From the NCBI GenBank assembly GCA_947629755.1, contig CANREY010000001.1:1-60602 (forward strand): a stretch of 60,602 bases of DNA, written 5' to 3'. Below, one piece after another: positions 45,671 through 53,932 of the stretch. The stretch comes from an uncultured Oscillospiraceae bacterium (GTDB lineage: Bacteria; Bacillota; Clostridia; Oscillospirales; Oscillospiraceae). The stretch's first letter is position 1; each line of letters begins with the position of its first letter. The notes beneath the pieces are model-generated. The model did no database searches. It had not been told where the DNA came from and worked only from the letters and a program-made list of their open reading frames with translations. The position numbers and the translations under genes are program-made.

Positions 45671-46411
45671 TTATCTGTTTTCCGGATAATTTTCCCCAAG
45701 TATGAGCTTTACGGCCTCGGAGGCCATAATAAGTCCGGCGGCGGCGGGGACAAAGGCCGTGCTCCCCGGCACGTCCCTTCTTCCCGGATTTTCCGCCGCG
45801 GCGGCCTCCCGCTCCGGCCCCTCCGGCCTCAGCGCCGGCTCCCTTGAGTACACCACCGTCAGCTTTTTCACTCCCCGGCGGCGAAGCTCCTTTCGCATTA
45901 TCCGGGCCAAGGGATCAAAGGAGGTATCGAAAATATCCGCAACCTCCAGCCTTGTGGGGTCCAGCTTGTTCCCGCACCCCATGGCCGAAATGACCGGCGT
46001 CCCGGCCTCAAAGGCCTTAGTTATGAGCTCCAGCTTTCCCGACACCGTATCTATGGCGTCCAGCACGCAGTCGTAGACGGAGAAATCGATTTTGTCCGAC
46101 GTGTCCGGCATGAAAAAGAGCTTTATGGCGTTGACCCTTATCTCCGGGTCGATGTCCCTTATCCTCGCGGCCGCCGCCTCCGCCTTGTAGAGCCCCACGG
46201 TGGAGCGAAGGGCGTGGAGCTGGCGGTTTAGGTTGCTTTCGGAAAAGACGTCGTGGTCTATAAGGTCCAGCGCCCCGACCCCGGACCTTGCCAGGGCCTC
46301 GGCGGCATATCCGCCCACGCCGCCGAGGCCGAACACGGCCACGCGGGCAAGGCGAAGCCTTTTCATATTGTCCCGGCCCAAAAGCATAGCCGTCCTGACA
46401 AGCCGGTCCAT
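45671..46411 (-). CDS. tcdA: tRNA threonylcarbamoyladenosine dehydratase (ThiF/MoeB-fold, TcdA/CsdL-like)
   Basis: VAVFGLGGVGGYAAEALARSGVGALDLIDHDVFSESNLNRQ nucleotide-binding region and an overall length of about 245 aa. ATG at 46411 is preceded by AGGTGAGG. Confidence 0.78.
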   Translation of the reverse strand: MDRLVRTAMLLGRDNMKRLRLARVAVFGLGGVGGYAAEALARSGVGALDLIDHDVFSESNLNRQLHALRSTVGLYKAEAAAARIRDIDPEIRVNAIKLFFMPDTSDKIDFSVYDCVLDAIDTVSGKLELITKAFEAGTPVISAMGCGNKLDPTRLEVADIFDTSFDPLARIMRKELRRRGVKKLTVVYSREPALRPEGPEREAAAAENPGRRDVPGSTAFVPAAAGLIMASEAVKLILGENYPENR

Positions 46412-46632
46412 GACCCTCACCTCGCTTAAAGCTCCTTTTTATTGGATTTTATCATAGACGGGGCCGATTGTCAAATTATTCCCGGAGCTTAATAATAAAA
46501 CAAACGGGGAATAATGAGAAAAATTGTAGAGCGCTATTGAAATCAGGGGAGTTTTGTGATAAAGTTATGTTGTAAAATTCGGGGAAATGTGAGCTTTTCC
46601 CCAAAAGACGAAAGTAAAAACGGAGGGTAACT

Positions 46633-47259
46633 ATGGCTTTTTTTGAACAGCTTGGTAAAAAAATCTCCGACGCCGGTCAGGGCATCTCCCAGTCCACGAA
46701 AAATCTGGCGGAGATCTCCCGCCTCAACAGCGCCATCGCCGAGGACAAGAAGCACATCGCCGGCTACACCGCGGCCATCGGCGAGTCATATTACAGAAGG
46801 CACAGGGACGACCCCATGAACGAGGAGCCTGAGAGGATTAACAACATAAACAAGCTCTACGCCGAGATCGCCCGCTATGAGGACCGCATCAAGGAGCTTC
46901 GCGGCATCGGCAAGTGCCCCAACTGCGGGGCCGACGTGCCCAACGGCGCGGCCTTCTGCAACGCCTGCGGTGCGAGACAGCAGCCGCCGAAGGCCATGGA
47001 GACGCCTGTCTCCGGCGTTGAGTGCCCCAACTGCCACAATATCATTCCCGAAGGGAACAGATTTTGCACAAACTGCGGCGCTCCAGCGCCCCAAAAGCCC
47101 GTGGAGCCCAATGCCGAAGTCCCCGCCGAGCCGAATACCGGGAGTGAGGCCGCGACGGCTGAGAGCGCCCCGCAGGAGCCCCGCGTGTGTAAAAATTGCG
47201 GCCAGCCGGTGACTGAGGGCTCCAACTTCTGCACCAACTGCGGCGCACACCTTGACTGA
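46633..47259 (+). CDS. Triple zinc-ribbon protein with N-terminal coiled-coil
   Basis: 208 aa with three CxxC-x(10-12)-CxxC ribbons (CPNCGADVPNGAAFCNACG, CPNCHNIIPEGNRFCTNCG, CKNCGQPVTEGSNFCTNCG). GGAGGG before the ATG. Confidence 0.7.
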   Translation: MAFFEQLGKKISDAGQGISQSTKNLAEISRLNSAIAEDKKHIAGYTAAIGESYYRRHRDDPMNEEPERINNINKLYAEIARYEDRIKELRGIGKCPNCGADVPNGAAFCNACGARQQPPKAMETPVSGVECPNCHNIIPEGNRFCTNCGAPAPQKPVEPNAEVPAEPNTGSEAATAESAPQEPRVCKNCGQPVTEGSNFCTNCGAHLD

Positions 47260-47271
47260 TCGGATAAGAGC

Positions 47272-47892
47272 ATGAAGGTGACGGAGAGCGAAAGGGAGAG
47301 CCCGGAGACGGAGAGCCCGGATAAGTCAGGCCCCGGCGCGTCAAATTCAGCAAAGACGGCCGAGGGTGGCAAGCCTAACCGCGGGAGGGGCCTTGCGGTG
47401 GCGTTGTCAGTTATTGGGGTAGTTGTCCTCGCGGCAATATCCATATTCATCTTCACCGGCACGGTGGCGCTGAGAGCCGAAAGGCTCGCGAGGGCCCTTA
47501 TTGACGGCGACGGCACAGCGGCGGTGCGCCTCCTTCCGGCCAAGGTCATATCCGAGGCCGCCGCGGAGGCCGGTATAGACGAGACTGAGGCCAAAAGCCT
47601 CATAGCGAGGCGCCTCGACACCGCCGTCAGCGACTACGGGCCCGTGGGGAAGCCGGAGGCGAAGGCCGGGGACGTCCGGGAGCTTGCCGGGAGGGAGCTG
47701 GAGGCCATATCGGACCTCTACGCCCAAATCGGCATAGAACCCTCAAAGGCCGCCGAGGTCCGTCTGTCGGTGACATACGGCGGCGAGAGCTCAAGCTTGA
47801 CTGTGACCATGGTCAAGGTGGGCCTTTTGTGGTACGCCGACTACACCTCCCTTGACGATCTCGCCTGCAGGATAGCGGGCGTGGGAAAATAA
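47272..47892 (+). CDS. Single-pass membrane protein, unknown function (extracytoplasmic domain paralogous to next gene)
   Basis: 206 aa. Disordered acidic/Ser-rich N-terminus, TM segment LAVALSVIGVVVLAAISIFIF, and C-terminus ...VKVGLLWYADYTSLDDL. Confidence 0.5.
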   Translation: MKVTESERESPETESPDKSGPGASNSAKTAEGGKPNRGRGLAVALSVIGVVVLAAISIFIFTGTVALRAERLARALIDGDGTAAVRLLPAKVISEAAAEAGIDETEAKSLIARRLDTAVSDYGPVGKPEAKAGDVRELAGRELEAISDLYAQIGIEPSKAAEVRLSVTYGGESSSLTVTMVKVGLLWYADYTSLDDLACRIAGVGK

Positions 47893-47911
47893 AATTTTCA
47901 GGAGGAGAAAC

Positions 47912-48544
47912 ATGTATTGCGGAAATTGCGGAGCGCAGAACCCTGACGGCGCCGTCCACTGCGGAAACTGCGGAGCGGCTTTGAACCCCGCCCCCACTGT
48001 GGACGCGGCGACCTCAAAAAAGCACAGGACCATAGGCATCGCCGCCATAGCCGGAGCCGTGGCCGTTGTGGCGGTCATAGTGCTCCTTATCGTGCTTTTG
48101 AGCGGCGGCGGCAGCTCCAGCCCCAAGGCCGCGGCCAAGGACTTTGTGGAGACGATGCTCTCCGGCAAGATGAGCAAGCTTGCGGATATGATACCCGACG
48201 AGCTCCTGACCGGCGTGGCAAAGGAGCAGGGCCTGACAAAGAGCGAGGCGCGTGACCAGCTCGCCAAGGGCCTTGACCAGCTCAGCGGCATCGGCGGCAT
48301 TTTACAGCTCGTGGAGTTCAAAATAGGCGATGCCGACGTGGAGAGCATGGACAGAGACGACCTTGAGAGGGTGAAGGACGCCTACTCCAAGTACGACGTC
48401 AAGGTCAAGGACGGCAAGACCGTGGAGCTGGAGCTCACCATGGAGTACTTAGGCGAGAAGGAGACCGAGACCATGGACGTGCCCACGGTGAAGATCGGCG
48501 GGGACTGGTACGTGGACTTCCTCAACCTTGACGACATGTTCTGA
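47912..48544 (+). CDS. Zinc-ribbon - TM - extracytoplasmic domain protein
   Basis: 210 aa. N-terminal MYCGNCGAQNPDGAVHCGNCG, TM segment IGIAAIAGAVAVVAVIVLLIVLL, and C-terminus ...VKIGGDWYVDFLNLDDMF, matching the previous gene. Followed by terminator CCCCGGCGCGTGG...CCACGCGCCGGTTTT. Confidence 0.65.
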   Translation: MYCGNCGAQNPDGAVHCGNCGAALNPAPTVDAATSKKHRTIGIAAIAGAVAVVAVIVLLIVLLSGGGSSSPKAAAKDFVETMLSGKMSKLADMIPDELLTGVAKEQGLTKSEARDQLAKGLDQLSGIGGILQLVEFKIGDADVESMDRDDLERVKDAYSKYDVKVKDGKTVELELTMEYLGEKETETMDVPTVKIGGDWYVDFLNLDDMF

Positions 48545-48593
48545 AACCCCCGGCGCGTGGTTCCCCCACGCGCCGGTTTTGAAAGGAAATATT

Positions 48594-49085
48594 ATGTATA
48601 TCGACATTGAGTACCCGAAGGAAAAGGGAGAATTTTATAGGACCCTCCGGGACCAGCTGGGGCTCTACTCCGGCGGGGAGACGGACGGGACGGCGGCGCT
48701 GGCAAATTTCTGCTCTGTCCTTTCCATAGCCTTTGAGAAGGCCAACTGGGCGGGGTTTTACCTTATCAAAAATAATGAGCTGGTCCTTGGCCCCTTTCAG
48801 GGCAGGCCCGCAGTGACGAGGATCGCCTACGGCGCTGGCGTGTGCGGCACGGCATGGCGGGAGGACCGCTCCCAGGTGGTGGAGGACGTGGAGTGCTTTT
48901 CCGGCCACATCGCCTGCGACTGCAACACACATTCGGAGATAGTCATACCCCTGCGCCGCCCTGACGGCTCCATATGGGGCGTTTTAGATATGGACAGCGT
49001 GGAGACGGGGTATTTCACCGACGAGGACCGGGAGGGCCTTGAGGAGTGCGTAAGGCTCCTTGAAAAATTCGGAGGCAGATTATGA
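48594..49085 (+). CDS. GAF-domain free methionine-(R)-sulfoxide reductase (fRMsr/MsrC-like)
   Basis: 163 aa. WAGFYL, GPFQGRPAVTRI, GVCGTA and HIACDCNTHSEIVIPL match the fRMsr active-site Cys pattern. Confidence 0.78.
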   Translation: MYIDIEYPKEKGEFYRTLRDQLGLYSGGETDGTAALANFCSVLSIAFEKANWAGFYLIKNNELVLGPFQGRPAVTRIAYGAGVCGTAWREDRSQVVEDVECFSGHIACDCNTHSEIVIPLRRPDGSIWGVLDMDSVETGYFTDEDREGLEECVRLLEKFGGRL

Positions 49086-49954
49086 TAAGGGAAAAAAGCT
49101 GTGGGGCGGTAGTCTTTACGGAAAGGGACGGGGAGAGGCTCTATCTTATCGAGCACATGCAAAAGGGCCACACCTCCATCTGCAAGGGCCACGTGGAAAA
49201 CGAGGAGACCGAGCACGAGACGGCCTTCCGCGAGATACTTGAGGAGACGGGGCTCAGCGTCAGCTTTATCGACGGCTTTCGCCGGACCATACAGTATTCG
49301 CCATACGAAGATTGCGTAAAGGACGTGGTCTTTTTCCTCGCGAGAGCCGGGAGCACGACCGTCACGGCGCAGGAGGAGGAAGTGGCGTCCATCGAGTGGC
49401 TGCCCTTCGACAGGGCCGTCGCCGCCCTCACCCACTTGTCCGACCGTGAGACGCTCACGGCTGCGGAGGATTTTCTGACGCTCATATCGAGAAAAATGCG
49501 CCGGGAGAAAAGGGAGCTTTCATTTGACAGAAGCGAGGAAATACTAAAGGCCGGCATCTCCGGCGTGCTGGCGCTTCTTGGCGACGGGGGCTACCCCTAC
49601 GCCGTGCCGCTGAGCTACGTATACGACAAGGAAAAAATATATTTCCACGGCGCCAAGACCGGCCACAAGGCCGAGGCCATCGGGCGCTGCTCCAAGGCGT
49701 CCTTCTGTGTTGTGGCATCGGACGACGTGGAGCCGGGGGAGTACACCACCAGATACCGCAGCGCCATCGCCTTCGGGCGGATAAGAAAAATCGACGGCGA
49801 GGCGGAGATAAGGGCGGCGGTGGAGCTCTTGGCGAAAAAATATAACCCCACGGACACAGACGAACACAGAAATAAGTACATTGAGGCCGAATTTTCGGCT
49901 CTTGCCATGTGGGAGCTTGAGGTGGAGCGGCTCACGGGCAAATCAAACATGTGA
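49082..49954 (+). CDS. Fusion protein: N-terminal Nudix hydrolase + C-terminal pyridoxamine-5'-phosphate-oxidase-like (FMN-binding split-barrel) domain
   Basis: Intact Nudix box GHVENEETEHETAFREILEETGL. From residue ~140, MRREKRELSFDRSEEILKAGISGVLALLGDGGYPYAVPLSYVY reads like the N-terminus of stand-alone PNPOx/Nim-type proteins. There is no stop between the halves. The ATG overlaps the fRMsr stop (ATGA). Confidence 0.75.
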   Translation: MIREKSCGAVVFTERDGERLYLIEHMQKGHTSICKGHVENEETEHETAFREILEETGLSVSFIDGFRRTIQYSPYEDCVKDVVFFLARAGSTTVTAQEEEVASIEWLPFDRAVAALTHLSDRETLTAAEDFLTLISRKMRREKRELSFDRSEEILKAGISGVLALLGDGGYPYAVPLSYVYDKEKIYFHGAKTGHKAEAIGRCSKASFCVVASDDVEPGEYTTRYRSAIAFGRIRKIDGEAEIRAAVELLAKKYNPTDTDEHRNKYIEAEFSALAMWELEVERLTGKSNM

Positions 49955-49982
49955 CAAAGTAAAAAACAATATCAATTGCCCC

Positions 49983-50011
49983 TTTACATACGGGCCCCGT
50001 GGTTATATAAT
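49983..50011 (+). promoter_or_regulatory. Sigma-A-type promoter of the carrier-protein-like/GH5 pair
   Basis: TTTACA (49983-49988), 17-nt spacer, TATAAT (50006-50011). Confidence 0.5.
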
Positions 50012-50066
50012 GGTATGGGGAGAAAGAAAAAATTTCCTGAAAAAAGACCCGCGGGGAGGTATTGTA

Positions 50067-50288
50067 ATGGAAAGAGAGGAACTTCTTGATTTGATGCTTG
50101 AGGCCATAGCAGGGTACAGGGACTTAGACTGCGTTGGCCCCACGGACAGCTTTGCCGCGCTGGAGCTGGAGCCCGGAGACATCGCGAACATCGTCCGGGA
50201 GGTCACAGGGGAGCTGGACATGGAGCTTCCCCGCGGCTATGAGTACACCCAGAACGCCGACGAGCTCGTGGATTTCATCTGCGGATAA
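50067..50288 (+). CDS. Small acyl/peptidyl-carrier-protein-like protein (73 aa)
   Basis: GGGGAGG RBS. GPTDSFAALELEPGDIANIVREV resembles the (D/T)S(L/F) phosphopantetheine attachment region followed by helix 3. C-terminal ADELVDFI resembles the ACP C-terminus. Confidence 0.45.
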   Translation: MEREELLDLMLEAIAGYRDLDCVGPTDSFAALELEPGDIANIVREVTGELDMELPRGYEYTQNADELVDFICG

Positions 50289-50291
50289 TTT

Positions 50292-51935
50292 ATGAAGAAA
50301 ACAGTTTTATTGCCCGCGGTGTGCATGGCCTTGCTCCTGCTCACCGCGGGTTGCTCCAAAAATATGGCAGCTTCCGCAAAAGACCCGCCCTCCGAACCGG
50401 CCGAGACGGTATCAGTGCCGGCGAGTGAGGCGACGGCGCCGGAGGACAGGATAACAGAGGGGACCGCTGCCGGAGCGTCGATACCGGAGGGCACAGAACC
50501 CGTAGAAACGCAACACGGGAGCGCGCCGACAGGGGGCGAGCCTACCGATGTGTCAGGACCCGCGAGCGTGAGCACGGAGCCGACTGCTCCTCATACCGAT
50601 ACGACGGAGACAAAGCCGGGAAAAACGGATACGACGCCGGATACGCGGACGGGGCTTGCGCGGCCCTCAAACGCCGGAGCGCTGAGAGTTTTGGGCGCGG
50701 ACCTTGTGGGCAGTGACGGCAAAAAAGTACAGCTTCGGGGGATAAGCACCCACGGGTTGGCATGGTACCCGGATTATGTAAACTTAAAGCTCTTTCATGA
50801 GCTATCGGAGGACTGGGGCGTCAACGCTGTGCGCCTTGCCATGTACACCGCCGAGTACGGCGGCTACTGCTCCGGCGGGGACAGGGAGGCGCTGTATGAG
50901 CTCATAACGGACGGGGCCCGCTGGGCCAAAGATTGCGACATGTACGTCATAATCGACTGGCACATCCTATCCGACGGCGACCCAAACACCAACGCCGGTA
51001 ACGCGGCCGGGTTTTTCGACCGGGTGAGCCGGGAGCTTAGTTACATGGACAACGTGCTCTATGAAATTTGCAACGAGCCCAACGGCTCTACCGGCTGGCC
51101 TGACATAAAGCGCTACGCCGAAAAAATAATTCCCGTCATACGCCAAAACGACCCCGATGCCGTTATCCTTGTTGGCACGCCCCAGTGGTGCCAGCGTGTG
51201 GACCTGGCGGCGGAGGACCCATTGGGCTTTGACAACGTGATGTACACTCTCCATTTTTACGCCGCCACCCATAAAGGCGAGCTCCGGGAGCGGATGGAGA
51301 GGGCCGTAAGCGACGGGCTCCCCATTTTTGTCAGCGAGTTTGGTATCTGCGACGCCTCAGGCAGCGGGAATATTGACACCGCCGAGGCCGACAGGTGGGT
51401 GGAGGCCATGGACAGCCTCAACATAAGCTACATGATGTGGAGCTTATCAAATAAGGCAGAGAGCGCCTCCGCCATCTCAAGCTCCTGCCAAAAGACCTCA
51501 GGCTTTGCTTCCTCCGACCTCACGGACACGGGAAGGTGGCTTTTAAAGACGCTCTCAGGTAGACCGGCGTCGTCCGGCCCGCCCGCAGTCCCGACAGAGC
51601 CTGTACCGTCCGGGACCTCGCCGTCCGGCACTGTGCCGAGCCCCCAAACCCCGCCCTCCGATGATGAGGGCCGATTTGAGTGGACGCTGGAGGCGGTAAA
51701 CTCCTGGGCGTCTGACGACGGGGAGTACTGCCAGTACACCCTTACGGTGAAAAATACCGGCGGCGACGCCGAAAGCTGGAGCGTGGACATTCCGGTGGAC
51801 GGCGAGATCGTCAACAGCTGGAACGGGATTTTTACAAAGACCGCCGGCGGTTATAATGTCAAGAGCATGGACTATAACGGTAAGCTTTCTACCGGTGAGC
51901 ACACCGGCGATATAGGATTTATCGTGAGAAAATGA
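50292..51935 (+). CDS. Secreted lipoprotein endoglucanase: GH5 catalytic domain + Pro/Ser linker + C-terminal CBM2-like module
   Basis: Lipobox LLTAG|C. GH5 motifs LRGISTHGLAWY, acid/base ICNEPNG, HFYAATH and nucleophile VSEFG. The C-terminal W...W...N...G pattern is typical of cellulose-binding modules. Confidence 0.85.
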   Translation: MKKTVLLPAVCMALLLLTAGCSKNMAASAKDPPSEPAETVSVPASEATAPEDRITEGTAAGASIPEGTEPVETQHGSAPTGGEPTDVSGPASVSTEPTAPHTDTTETKPGKTDTTPDTRTGLARPSNAGALRVLGADLVGSDGKKVQLRGISTHGLAWYPDYVNLKLFHELSEDWGVNAVRLAMYTAEYGGYCSGGDREALYELITDGARWAKDCDMYVIIDWHILSDGDPNTNAGNAAGFFDRVSRELSYMDNVLYEICNEPNGSTGWPDIKRYAEKIIPVIRQNDPDAVILVGTPQWCQRVDLAAEDPLGFDNVMYTLHFYAATHKGELRERMERAVSDGLPIFVSEFGICDASGSGNIDTAEADRWVEAMDSLNISYMMWSLSNKAESASAISSSCQKTSGFASSDLTDTGRWLLKTLSGRPASSGPPAVPTEPVPSGTSPSGTVPSPQTPPSDDEGRFEWTLEAVNSWASDDGEYCQYTLTVKNTGGDAESWSVDIPVDGEIVNSWNGIFTKTAGGYNVKSMDYNGKLSTGEHTGDIGFIVRK

Positions 51936-51967
51936 CCGGGCGGTGTCGCGTTAAAAGGACAATTGTT

Positions 51968-52005
51968 GAAAATCCGGGGTCAGCGCCCCGGATTTTCCGC
52001 TTTTT
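51968..52005 (+). terminator. Intrinsic terminator after the GH5 gene
   Basis: GAAAATCCGGGGTCAGCGCCCCGGATTTTCCGCTTTTT. Confidence 0.7.
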
Positions 52006-52150
52006 GAGTGAAAAGTTGGGATTTCCGAAAATAATCGCAAGAAACGCAATGATTATTTTCAAAATATTGTGGCAAAACAGAAAACTGTATGCTATAATGT
52101 GTGCTCGCGGGTCAAATCGGCTTTTTTCAACGGTGAAATAGGAGCGGAAC

Positions 52151-53932
52151 ATGATTTTCGGAAAATACATAAACAAATATTACTTAAAATACGGTCCGGT
52201 GCTTTTGTTGGGCCTTGTGGCGCTGGCGCTGGTGGACTATATGCAGCTTGTGGTGCCCCGGCTCTACCAGATGGTTGTCAACGGCATGAACGACGGCTTT
52301 GTCACGGTGGACAACGTACAGATGAAATTCGACATGCCGTTTCTCTTAAATGAGATATGCCTTCCAATGATCGTGGTGGTGGTCTCCATGGTATTCGGTC
52401 GTTTTTTGTGGCGCGTGTGCTTCTTCGGCTCGGCCATTTGGGTGGAGACGGACATACGCAACGCCATGTTCGACCACTGCAAGGATCTGAGCCAGCAGTT
52501 TTATCAGGTGAACAAGGTGGGCAACATGATGAGCCTTTTCACCAACGACCTTGACACGGTCCAGGACTGCTACGGCTCCGGCCTTCTCATGCTGGCCGAC
52601 GCATTGATGCTGGGCGTCATGTCCATGGGCCGCATGTTCGACATGGACTTAAAGCTCACGCTCCTTGCCCTTATCCCAATGGCATTTTTGTTCGCCATAA
52701 GCATGACCGTGGGCAGGTACATGGAGAAGAAGTGGGATATACGGCAGGAGGCATTTTCAAAGCTCTCCGACTTCTCCCAGGAGTCCTTCTCCGGCATCGC
52801 CGTCATAAAGGCCTTCGTCAAGGAGGCCAAGGAGCTCTGGGCCTTTAAAAAGCTGAACATCGAAAACGAGAAGGCCAACGTGGACTTCACAAGGGCCTCG
52901 GTGCTCCTGCACATCTTAGTGACCCTCTTTGTGGAGTCGGTCATATGCGTAGTGCTGGGCTACGGCGGTTATCTTGTCCACGAGGGCGTATTTAACGCCG
53001 GACAGTTAGTCGAGTACATCGGCTACTTCAACACCATCGTCTGGCCAATAATGGCGGTGTCGGAGCTCATCGACATGACGAGCCGGGGCAAGGCGTCCTT
53101 AAAGCGCATAAGCGAGCTTCTTGACGCAAAGCAGGACGTGGTGGACCGGGAGGGCGTGGAGGAGCTTTCAGACGTCCGGGGGGACATAGAGTTTAAAAAC
53201 CTCACCTTCCGCTACCCCGACGGTGAGTACGACGTGCTTAAGGACCTGTCCTTCAAAATAAACGCCGGTGAGAACATCGGCCTTGTGGGCCGCACGGGAG
53301 CGGGGAAGACCACCCTTGTGGACCTCATTTTGCGGACCTACAACGTGCCCGACGGCACGGTGTTCATTGACGGCCATGACGTGAACGATGTGAAAATACA
53401 CGACGTGCGGGCCGCCTGCGCCTACGTGCCTCAGGATAACTTCCTTTTCTCCGACACTATCGCCAGAAACATCGCCTTCATGCCGGGCAGCCCCGACATG
53501 GAGAAGGTCAAGGCCGCGGCGGTGCTCTCCGACGTGGACGACAACATAATGGAGTTCTCCGACGGCTACGACACCGTCATGGGCGAGCGCGGCGTCACCG
53601 TCTCCGGCGGACAGAAGCAGCGCATCTCCATCGCCCGCGCCCTTATGAAGGACGCGCCCATACTCATACTTGACGACTCCGTCTCCGCCGTTGACACGGG
53701 CACGGAGAAGACCATACTTGAAAACCTCGGCAGGACCCGCAAGGGCCGTACCACCATACTCATAGCCCACAGAATTTCCACCATTGAGAAGATGGACAGG
53801 ATAATATACCTTGAGGACGGACGCCTTGTGGCCATGGGACCCCACAGCGAGCTCTATGAGACCTGCCCGGAGTATAAGCACATGGTGGACCTTCAGAAGC
53901 TGGAGGAGGAGGGAGGCGAGCGCAATGGGTGA
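52151..53932 (+). CDS. ABC exporter, fused permease/ATPase (heterodimer subunit 1)
   Basis: 593 aa. Six-TM domain, Walker A GRTGAGKTT, signature VSGGQKQRISIARAL and Walker B ILILDD. Confidence 0.9.
   Translation: MIFGKYINKYYLKYGPVLLLGLVALALVDYMQLVVPRLYQMVVNGMNDGFVTVDNVQMKFDMPFLLNEICLPMIVVVVSMVFGRFLWRVCFFGSAIWVETDIRNAMFDHCKDLSQQFYQVNKVGNMMSLFTNDLDTVQDCYGSGLLMLADALMLGVMSMGRMFDMDLKLTLLALIPMAFLFAISMTVGRYMEKKWDIRQEAFSKLSDFSQESFSGIAVIKAFVKEAKELWAFKKLNIENEKANVDFTRASVLLHILVTLFVESVICVVLGYGGYLVHEGVFNAGQLVEYIGYFNTIVWPIMAVSELIDMTSRGKASLKRISELLDAKQDVVDREGVEELSDVRGDIEFKNLTFRYPDGEYDVLKDLSFKINAGENIGLVGRTGAGKTTLVDLILRTYNVPDGTVFIDGHDVNDVKIHDVRAACAYVPQDNFLFSDTIARNIAFMPGSPDMEKVKAAAVLSDVDDNIMEFSDGYDTVMGERGVTVSGGQKQRISIARALMKDAPILILDDSVSAVDTGTEKTILENLGRTRKGRTTILIAHRISTIEKMDRIIYLEDGRLVAMGPHSELYETCPEYKHMVDLQKLEEEGGERNG

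Noticed and set aside
42717-50288. A split dlt-like D-alanylation system (DltB-like MBOAT at 42717-44108 plus the carrier-protein-like gene at 50067-50288).
   Set aside because: No DltA ligase or DltD is present. The two genes are 6 kb apart on opposite strands, with unrelated genes between them. The MBOAT partner here is a DHHW/AlgJ-type protein, which points to O-acetylation rather than D-alanylation.
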